This document shows, piece after piece, positions 57,151 through 64,000 of a DNA stretch of 64,000 nucleotides. The notes below the pieces were generated by a model. The model made no database searches. It saw nothing but the letters and a program-made list of their open reading frames with translations, and was not told the origin of the DNA. Source of the stretch: Thermoplasmata archaeon (lineage in GTDB: Archaea > Thermoplasmatota > Thermoplasmata > RBG-16-68-12); assembly GCA_035283985.1 (NCBI GenBank), contig DATESQ010000018.1:344-64343 (forward strand). The letters run 5' to 3'. The translations under genes were made by a program, and so were the position numbers. Numbering within the stretch: position 1 is the first letter of the stretch; each line of letters opens with the position of its first letter.

Positions 57151-58754
57151 ATAGCTTCGAACGCCGCTCCCTTCCGCTCGAACTGCTTCGCGTAGAGCTG
57201 TTTCAGCCGGTCGTATGTGTTGACGTCGTTCGGTCCCTTGTCGTCGCGGATTCTCGTGACCCGCGCGAAGCGAAGGGCGAACCCGGAGGGATAGTGCGGG
57301 CTCCGCTGGACCTCGTTGTACGCGACCTCAACGACGACCTCGGGCCGGACGTGGACGACCCATGGCTCCTCCCGCTCCTTCAGCTCGAGGAGTCGCTGCG
57401 TCATCCGATCGAACTCCTTGTCCGTGAGTCCCTTGAACGTCTTCCCGATCATCTGGAATGCGCCCGCCGCCTCGTCTCGTACCGCGAGCCAGTAGTTCGA
57501 GAGCCAACCCTCCCGGCGGCCATGGCCCCACTCCGCCGCGATAATCGCGCAGTCGAGCGTGTCCGCCCGCTTGATCTTGAACCACTTCTTCCCCCGCTTC
57601 CCGACCGTGTACGTCGAGTCGAGTTGCTTTGCCATGAGCCCCTCGTGGCCGGCTTCGATCGCTTCCTTCAGGAAAGCCTCAATCTCCGCACGGCTCGACG
57701 TTACGATCCGCTCCGCGAGGACCTCGGCAGGCGCGAGCCGCTCGAGGGCGGCCCATCGCTCCCGGTAGGGCGCGTTGATGAGCGTGCGGCCATCGACGTG
57801 AAGGAGATCGAAGAGGTGCAGCCGAAGAGGGATCTCCCGCCGAAGCGCGTCGATGTCGTGGACGCGACGGAAGCGGCGCATGAGCTCCTGGAAGGGGCGC
57901 GGGCGACCCCGTTCGTCGATCGCGACGACTTCGCCTTCGAGGACGCACGATGATGCCCGGAGGGACCGCGCGATCTCGACGACCTCCGGGAGGCTCTTCG
58001 TCACGTCGGAGAGGCGGCGGCTGAACACCTTCACTCGGTCTCCGTCGCGGTGGATTTGGATGCGGGCGCCGTCGAACTTGTACTCGGCCGCAGTGGTGCC
58101 GCCATGCTCCTCGAGGACATCGTCGAGGTCCTCCGCTATCTCCGCCATCATCGGCTTCACGGGAGACAGGAGACGGAGCTCGAAGGACGCGAGTCCCTCC
58201 GCACCGTTGAAGAGCGCGACCTCGGCAACCTTGCCCAAGTCTCCGAGGAACATGTGCGCGGTCCGCACAGTCTCCACATCGACCTTCGCGGCGTCCGCGA
58301 TCGCTTCGAGCATCACGCCTTCGTTCACGCCAATCCGCATCTCGCCGAAGATGTTCTTCAGGAGGATCTCCTGTTCCTCGCGCGTCGCCTGACCGAGAAG
58401 GCTCTGCAAGAGCCGCTGCCGTACGCGCACGGAATCCGGCCCGCTCGCGGCGGCGATTTCTTCGAAGGCGCGACGGACGTCAAGAATCGTGAGAGGGCGT
58501 GCATCGAGCCTCGCTTGGCGCGTCGCACCGAGCGCTTTCTGGAGGGTCGCCCATCCGACTTTCAGGGCTTTGGAGTCCGCCTCGGGGAAGATCCGGCCGA
58601 CGATCAGGAGGACGGCGGAGCTCACCTCATCGCGGTTCAGGCTATGGAGGAATTCCGCGATCAGCCGCCGCTTCTCGAGGCGCTTCGACCTCGCCGCGAG
58701 CTGCCGCACGAGAGCATCGATGGAGGCGAACGGAGTCCCTGATGTCGTGGCCAT
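57147..58754 (-). CDS. lig: ATP-dependent DNA ligase (replicative, Lig1-like archaeal LigA).
   Basis: 'EYKFDGARIQIH' motif I (KxDG), DNA-binding, adenylation and OB domains; about 535 aa. ATG 58754 verified. Confidence 0.9.
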   Translation of the reverse strand: MATTSGTPFASIDALVRQLAARSKRLEKRRLIAEFLHSLNRDEVSSAVLLIVGRIFPEADSKALKVGWATLQKALGATRQARLDARPLTILDVRRAFEEIAAASGPDSVRVRQRLLQSLLGQATREEQEILLKNIFGEMRIGVNEGVMLEAIADAAKVDVETVRTAHMFLGDLGKVAEVALFNGAEGLASFELRLLSPVKPMMAEIAEDLDDVLEEHGGTTAAEYKFDGARIQIHRDGDRVKVFSRRLSDVTKSLPEVVEIARSLRASSCVLEGEVVAIDERGRPRPFQELMRRFRRVHDIDALRREIPLRLHLFDLLHVDGRTLINAPYRERWAALERLAPAEVLAERIVTSSRAEIEAFLKEAIEAGHEGLMAKQLDSTYTVGKRGKKWFKIKRADTLDCAIIAAEWGHGRREGWLSNYWLAVRDEAAGAFQMIGKTFKGLTDKEFDRMTQRLLELKEREEPWVVHVRPEVVVEVAYNEVQRSPHYPSGFALRFARVTRIRDDKGPNDVNTYDRLKQLYAKQFERKGAAFEAI

Positions 58755-58767
58755 GACGCTTGACGAT

Positions 58768-59682
58768 TCAGCGGTCGGCACTTAACCCTTCGGAACGCGC
58801 GACCGGCTCGCGATACATCACGACGACGCCGATCGCCATGATCGCACCCCCGAGAGCCTGGATCGGCGTGAGCGGGAAGCCAAAAGCGACCGCGATTGCG
58901 ACACCGAACGCGGCGGACGTCGCGAGGATCGCCCCGACCCGGAGCGCACCAATGCGGCGCATCGCGAAGTAGAAGAGGTACGTGAACGCCGCAGCGCCGG
59001 TGAGGGCGAGGACCAGCAGAAGCGGGAGGTGCTGCGATGCGATAATCGGACTCCCGCCGCTCCCGAGGAGAAGGGCGCTCAGAAAAAGCGCGCCGAAGGA
59101 GAGCTTCACGCACACGAACGATGGGATGTCGTGCCGCATCGTCACGATACGACTCACAGTATTGTCCACACCCCAGCACATCGCCGCCAAGACCAGGAGG
59201 ATGTTCCCCAGGATCGCCGACCCGAAGTCGGCGTCGACCTGCTCGAGGTTCAGCGTTACAAGAAGGGCACCGCCAAGGATCGCGGCGCTTGCGACGTACC
59301 CGCCCCGTCTGAGCCGCTCCCGGAGGACGACGAACGCGAGGACGACCGTGAAGAGGCCCTCCGTGTTCGAAATGAGCGTGGCATTCACCGGCGTCGTGAG
59401 GTTCAGTCCGGTGAAGTAAAGGGACGGCGCGAGAAGCCCGCCGAACGTTGCGGAGATGAGAGTGAGCCTCCACTCCCGTGACGAAAGGCGGAGCCTCCAT
59501 AGGAACGGCGCGAACGTAACCGCAGAGACGGCCTGCACGAACCACGCCACAGTGAGCGGCGGGACATCTCGGAGCACGAACTTCCCAGCGGTCGCCCACA
59601 TTCCGAAGAGAAACGCACCGAGGAGGATCGCCGCGTATCCGGCCCGTTGATTTGACACGCTGGGGCATTCAGAGATACGCAC
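58768..59682 (-). CDS. EamA/DMT-family transporter.
   Basis: Ten TM helices. Confidence 0.65.
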   Translation of the reverse strand: MRISECPSVSNQRAGYAAILLGAFLFGMWATAGKFVLRDVPPLTVAWFVQAVSAVTFAPFLWRLRLSSREWRLTLISATFGGLLAPSLYFTGLNLTTPVNATLISNTEGLFTVVLAFVVLRERLRRGGYVASAAILGGALLVTLNLEQVDADFGSAILGNILLVLAAMCWGVDNTVSRIVTMRHDIPSFVCVKLSFGALFLSALLLGSGGSPIIASQHLPLLLVLALTGAAAFTYLFYFAMRRIGALRVGAILATSAAFGVAIAVAFGFPLTPIQALGGAIMAIGVVVMYREPVARSEGLSADR

Positions 59683-59779
59683 ATAGAGCTTGCCGAGGAC
59701 GCAAAGTGCGCCTCATCTCGAGGAGGAACGGGAGCGCTAAGGGTTAAATCATGGAAACAATACGGGGAGCGGGTGGAAA

Positions 59780-59968
59780 ATGCCCTACCAGTACCAGGGA
59801 TGGACGCTGTATTCGCGTGATGTGAAGCTGAAGCGTGGACCGAAAGTGACGATCTACTTCTTCAGCAAGAGAAAGCCGAAGAGCGGAAAGCCGATGGACG
59901 AGATGCCGAAAAACCGCAAGGTCGGCGTGAACAAGCGCACGGGTCTGCCCTTCCTGAGGAAGGCGTAA
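59780..59968 (+). CDS. Small basic hypothetical protein (62 aa).
   Basis: MPYQYQGWTLYSRDVKLKRGPKVTIYFFSK...; GGTGG SD-like immediately upstream; protein-like composition. Confidence 0.4.
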   Translation: MPYQYQGWTLYSRDVKLKRGPKVTIYFFSKRKPKSGKPMDEMPKNRKVGVNKRTGLPFLRKA

Positions 59969-60133
59969 ACGATCCTTTCGTTTACGATCGCCGCGCGCGC
60001 CAGCGCGGCGGCGCCTCCCCGTTTTTCGTCTCACCCTCCCAGAGGACGCAATCCTTAAAGCGATACTCACGATTCTTTCGACTTGCCGCGCTCGCGATCG
60101 CGGGTGCGGATGCTCCCAGGGGGCAAGTGACGC

Positions 60134-61207
60134 GTGGGCGATTTGCTCCGAGTGATCCGGGACGACGGCTCCGCGGACCCCGAGACGGACCCGAAGCTCT
60201 CCGATTCGGAGGCCGTGAGGCTGTACCGCCTCATGATGATGGAGCGGATCCTGGACACGCGCATGCTCGCGCTCCAACGCCAGGGTCGGATCGGATTCTA
60301 CGGACCATCTGTGGGCCAGGAGGCGACGATCGTCGCGCCTGCGCTCGCCCTCTCGGAGAACGACTGGATCTTCCCGCAGTACCGGGAGCCCGGCGCCGCG
60401 CTCGCCCGTGGCATGCCGCTCGTCGAGCTCGTGAACCAATTCATGGGGAACGCGGCGGACGCGGTCCGGGGCCGGCAGATGCCCTGCCACTACGTATATC
60501 GCAAGGGGAAGTTCATGTCGATCTCGAGCTGCGTCGGCACGCAGATCCCCTTGGCGGTTGGGACCGCGTGGGCGTCGAGGATCCGCGGCGACAACATCGT
60601 TACGCTCACGTACTTCGGCGACGGCGGCACATCGACGGCAGACTTCCACGTCGGGATGAACTTCGCGGGCGTGTTCAAGACGCCGACCGTGTTCGTGTGC
60701 AACAACAACCAGTGGGCGATCTCCGTTCCCGTCGCGAAGCAGACCTTGGCGGAGACGATCGCGCAGAAGGCGGTCGCCTACGGGTTCCCTGGGGTCCGCG
60801 TCGACGGGATGGACGCCCTGGCTGTATATGGGGCCGCACGGACAGCGGTGGACCGGGCCCGCGATGGCGGGGGTCCGACCCTGATCGAATGCCTATCGTA
60901 CCGCCTCGGCCCGCACTCCTCCTCGGACGATCCCTCCCGGTACCGAGACGAGAGGGAGGTCGAGCGCTGGCGACAGCGCGACCCGCTTCCCCTGTACCGC
61001 CGATACCTCGAGCGTCGGGGCATCTGGAACGACGAGGCGGAGGCGAACCTCGAGAAGGAGATGGGCGACGCGATCACGGACGCCGTGCGCGAGGGGGAGA
61101 CCCACCCGCCACCGCCAATTGAGACGCTCTTCACGGACGTGTACTTCGACATGCCGCCGCACCTAGAAGAGCAGCTGGAGGACCTGCGTTCCTTCCGGAG
61201 GCGATGA
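60134..61207 (+). CDS. 2-oxoacid (pyruvate/branched-chain) dehydrogenase E1 component alpha subunit (TPP-dependent).
   Basis: TPP motif 'YFGDGGTSTADFHVGMNFAGV...VCNNNQWAIS'. Confidence 0.85.
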   Translation: MGDLLRVIRDDGSADPETDPKLSDSEAVRLYRLMMMERILDTRMLALQRQGRIGFYGPSVGQEATIVAPALALSENDWIFPQYREPGAALARGMPLVELVNQFMGNAADAVRGRQMPCHYVYRKGKFMSISSCVGTQIPLAVGTAWASRIRGDNIVTLTYFGDGGTSTADFHVGMNFAGVFKTPTVFVCNNNQWAISVPVAKQTLAETIAQKAVAYGFPGVRVDGMDALAVYGAARTAVDRARDGGGPTLIECLSYRLGPHSSSDDPSRYRDEREVERWRQRDPLPLYRRYLERRGIWNDEAEANLEKEMGDAITDAVREGETHPPPPIETLFTDVYFDMPPHLEEQLEDLRSFRRR

Positions 61208-61208
61208 C

Positions 61209-61793
61209 GTGCCGAAAACGAACGCTGCGAAAGCCGCCCCGCCACGGAAACCCGCCCCTTCGGACCGCACGTTCGAGAAGGCGCGCGCGTACTTCCGCGA
61301 CGGCGACTACGGCGCCGCGCTCGCGATCGCGAACCAGATCCTCGCGCGGGACCCCGAGAACCTCGACGCGCTCTCCCTCGCGTCCGGATGCTGCTCGCTC
61401 CAAGGCGAATACGAACAGGCCGCGGAGTACGACCGTCGCGCGATCGACGCGCACCCGGACAGCGCGCAGGCGTGGATGACGTTCGCGCTCGACCTCCAGA
61501 ACGGGGGACGCCTCGAGGAGGCGGAGGAGGCCTACCGCCGCGTCGTCGAGCTCGATCCGTCGCGAGCGATGGCGTGGTACCACCTTGCGTGCTTCGCCGC
61601 GCGACGCGGGGACACGGGCACGGCCCTCGAGAACCTCGCGAGGGCGTCCGCGGAGCGGCCGGAGCTGCGGGAAGAGGCTAAATCCCAGCCCGAGTTTGCG
61701 CCGCTGCTGGAGGACCCGAGGTTCGACCGGATCGTGAACGCGAAGCCCGATTCAGAGGACCCGTACGCGGATTGGATGCGGAGCGGAACCTGA
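61209..61793 (+). CDS. TPR-repeat protein.
   Basis: Three to four TPR units (AYFRDGDYGAALAIANQILARDP...). Starts 2 nt after the E1-alpha stop; its stop overlaps the E1-beta ATG. Confidence 0.65.
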   Translation: MPKTNAAKAAPPRKPAPSDRTFEKARAYFRDGDYGAALAIANQILARDPENLDALSLASGCCSLQGEYEQAAEYDRRAIDAHPDSAQAWMTFALDLQNGGRLEEAEEAYRRVVELDPSRAMAWYHLACFAARRGDTGTALENLARASAERPELREEAKSQPEFAPLLEDPRFDRIVNAKPDSEDPYADWMRSGT

Positions 61794-62764
61794 TGCCCGC
61801 GATGAACATCGTCCAAGCGGTGAACAACGCGCTGCGCGAGGAGATGCGCCGCGACGATAGAGTCATCCTTCTGGGAGAGGACATCGGCCGGAACGGCGGC
61901 GTGTTCCGGTGCACGGAGGGTCTGATCGACGAGTTCCCGGACCGTGTGTTCGACACGCCCCTCAGCGAGGGCGGGATCATTGGCACCGCGATCGGGATGG
62001 CCCTGTACGGGCTCCGCCCCGTCCCCGAAATCCAGTTCATGGACTTCATCTACCCAGCGTTCGACCAGATCGTGTCGGAGGCGGCGAAGATCCGGTACCG
62101 TTCGGGCGGGCAATACAGCGTGCCGATGACGATCCGGACCCCCTTCGGAGGCGGAATCCGCGGCGGTCACTACCACAGCCAGTCGAGCGAGGCGTACTTC
62201 TGCCACACGCCAGGCCTGAAGGTCGTCGTCCCGTCGACCCCGACGGATGCGAAGGGCCTCCTCACGGCCTCGATCCGCGACCCGGACCCGGTCCTGTTCC
62301 TGGAGCCGAAGAAGCTGTACCGGGCGTTCCGCGAGGACGTGCCGGAGGGGGAGGTCGTCACGCCACTCGGCCAGGCGAGGGTCCGCCGCGAAGGGAAGGA
62401 CGTATCCCTGTTCGCGTACGGATACATGGTGAACGTGTGCCTCGAGGCTGCGGAGCGCGCCGCGAACAAAGGGATCGAGGCCGAGGTCGTCGACCTACGT
62501 ACGCTCGTGCCTCTCGATGTCGAGGCCATCCTGAACTCCGTACGGAAGACGGGCCGGGCGGTCGTCGTCTACGAAGCCCCGCGCACGGGAGCCTACGGCG
62601 CGGAGATCAGTGCGATCATCGCGGAGAAAGCGATCGAATACCTCCACGGACCGATCATCCGTGTATCAGGATTCGATACGCCGTTCCCGTACGCCCTCGA
62701 GGACGTGTACATGCCGAACGCGGATCGGGTCCTCGCTGGGATCGACAAGGTCACGTCGTTTTGA
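61793..62764 (+). CDS. 2-oxoacid dehydrogenase E1 component beta subunit.
   Basis: Transketolase-like pyrimidine-binding and C-terminal domains; start at ATG 61793 (MPAMNIVQAV). Confidence 0.85.
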   Translation: MPAMNIVQAVNNALREEMRRDDRVILLGEDIGRNGGVFRCTEGLIDEFPDRVFDTPLSEGGIIGTAIGMALYGLRPVPEIQFMDFIYPAFDQIVSEAAKIRYRSGGQYSVPMTIRTPFGGGIRGGHYHSQSSEAYFCHTPGLKVVVPSTPTDAKGLLTASIRDPDPVLFLEPKKLYRAFREDVPEGEVVTPLGQARVRREGKDVSLFAYGYMVNVCLEAAERAANKGIEAEVVDLRTLVPLDVEAILNSVRKTGRAVVVYEAPRTGAYGAEISAIIAEKAIEYLHGPIIRVSGFDTPFPYALEDVYMPNADRVLAGIDKVTSF

Positions 62765-63197
62765 CGACGGGGGGCGCCTCGAGCCGTCGGAATCGTCCGC
62801 GGACGGAGAGCAGGTACACGAAGATCAACGCGACAATCCCGACCGTCAGGGTCGTCGAAGGTTCTAGGGGCACGCTCGCCGTCGACGCCGAGTACAGGCC
62901 GTAGGCAGACCATGCGAGGCTGCCGAGGGCGACGAGGAACGCGAGCCACCAGGCCCACGTTCTCAGCCGGAGTAGGCCCATGCCGGAAATCCCGAGGATG
63001 ATCGACAGAACGAAATACGCGGCGCCCCAGAGGAACAGGGCGCCTCCGGCAACGTTGGACCCCGGAATCAGGCTCACGAAAGAGAAGAACATCCCGCCGA
63101 GGCCCGCGATCGCGAGGATCAGAGCGCCGAGGAGCACGAGGCCTCCGATGATCGTCACACCGAGAGGCCGTCGGCCGGCCGCATGTTGCTCCGTCAT
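62751..63197 (-). CDS. Small multi-pass membrane protein.
   Basis: Four hydrophobic helices; 'LRTWAWWLAF' motif. Confidence 0.5.
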   Translation of the reverse strand: MTEQHAAGRRPLGVTIIGGLVLLGALILAIAGLGGMFFSFVSLIPGSNVAGGALFLWGAAYFVLSIILGISGMGLLRLRTWAWWLAFLVALGSLAWSAYGLYSASTASVPLEPSTTLTVGIVALIFVYLLSVRGRFRRLEAPPVVKTT

Positions 63198-63597
63198 CCG
63201 CTCACCCGATAGGAAAGGAGGAGAGGGTCGGGATGATCATCGAGGCCGGGCGAGCCGCAGGAAGGACACCCCGTCGCCAAAGCCGCCAGGCCCACAGCGA
63301 TCGGGGAACCTGAGGCCGGTATCGCCGAGCCTTCGAGCACAAATCACGCCCACCGGTCTGTGCCACTCCTCCACGACCCGTCTCCTCCCCGCGAGGACAT
63401 GCGCCAGGCGCCATAAAACGGTTGCCATACGCGTGGAATCGGGTGACGCGTCGAGCGCGGTTTCGGGTTGTTCGACCAACGGAAGTCCGAGGAATGGGGG
63501 TTGAACACGGCCGGCTCTTTGCGTCGATCGACAGAGGACGTAGGCTCCGCGCGATGGACGAACGGGCCGCCTAATGAAGGGGCCCGGTCTCCGAGAC

Positions 63598-63990
63598 CTA
63601 TGGCGTCAGCTCCTCCGCGAGATAGGCCCCGACCGCGACGACAATCGCAAGGACTCCCACGAGCATCATCAAGAAGCCGGGGCCTGCGCCGGAGGCCTTC
63701 CACAAGTTGTACCCGAGTCCCGCGATGTAGCCGAAAAAGACGAGGGAGGAGAACAGGATGACTCCCCAGGCCCACGGCCGCGATTTCCAAATCCCGTACG
63801 CCGCGATCCCTACCAGGACGCCGATCCCCGAGAACAGGGGCGCGGTGATGATGAACACGGGTCCGTAACCCACGATATAGAGAGTCCAAAAAGAGATGAT
63901 GAAGGCCAAGGCTCCGAAGAACAGCAGCGTGACCGCGGCGGCCACCGCGAACATGAAGGAGATAAGGACCGGCGCTTTCACATCCTCCAT
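63598..63990 (-). CDS. Small multi-pass membrane protein (paralog-like of 62751-63197).
   Basis: Four hydrophobic helices; 'KSRPWAWGVILF' motif resembling the neighbour. Confidence 0.5.
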   Translation of the reverse strand: MEDVKAPVLISFMFAVAAAVTLLFFGALAFIISFWTLYIVGYGPVFIITAPLFSGIGVLVGIAAYGIWKSRPWAWGVILFSSLVFFGYIAGLGYNLWKASGAGPGFLMMLVGVLAIVVAVGAYLAEELTP

Positions 63991-64000
63991 CCCGAGGTCG

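Noticed and set aside
1-64000. CRISPR arrays, transposases, integrases, restriction-modification or toxin-antitoxin modules
   Set aside because: No regularly spaced direct repeats, and no recognisable transposase/integrase/MTase motifs, anywhere in the window.

Overview
High-GC (~65-70%) archaeal chromosomal segment. The gene content points to a euryarchaeon, possibly a Thermoplasmatota-like lineage; that placement is inference, based on the archaeal exosome superoperon, archaeal-type riboflavin enzymes and an EndoV-AGT-like fusion. Coding density is high. Because of the GC content the six-frame track contains many long antisense ORFs that I judge spurious. I can support: (i) the minus-strand exosome superoperon (pop5, psmA, sbds, rrp4, rrp41, rrp42, rpl37ae, rpoP, pcc1, pfdB) with ftsZ upstream; (ii) a purine/folate cluster (purD, folD, MTHFR-like, purH, purN); (iii) a riboflavin operon (ribH, ribC, ribL, ribB); (iv) a cmk / DUF106 / cbf5 block; (v) a Ku + LigD-type ligase pair (bacterial-type NHEJ) and, separately, a replicative ATP-dependent ligase; (vi) an EndoV fused to an AGT-like domain that lacks the catalytic cysteine; (vii) two tandem KaiC-like ATPases; (viii) a cluster of tail-anchored surface proteins; and housekeeping genes (metG, tbp, rpp21, S17e, pgi, E1 alpha/beta, ABC transporter). 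One probable class II tRNA-Ser(GGA) has an atypical T-arm region. Several GC-rich structured intergenic elements are candidate ncRNAs. No CRISPR array, transposase or integrase was seen.
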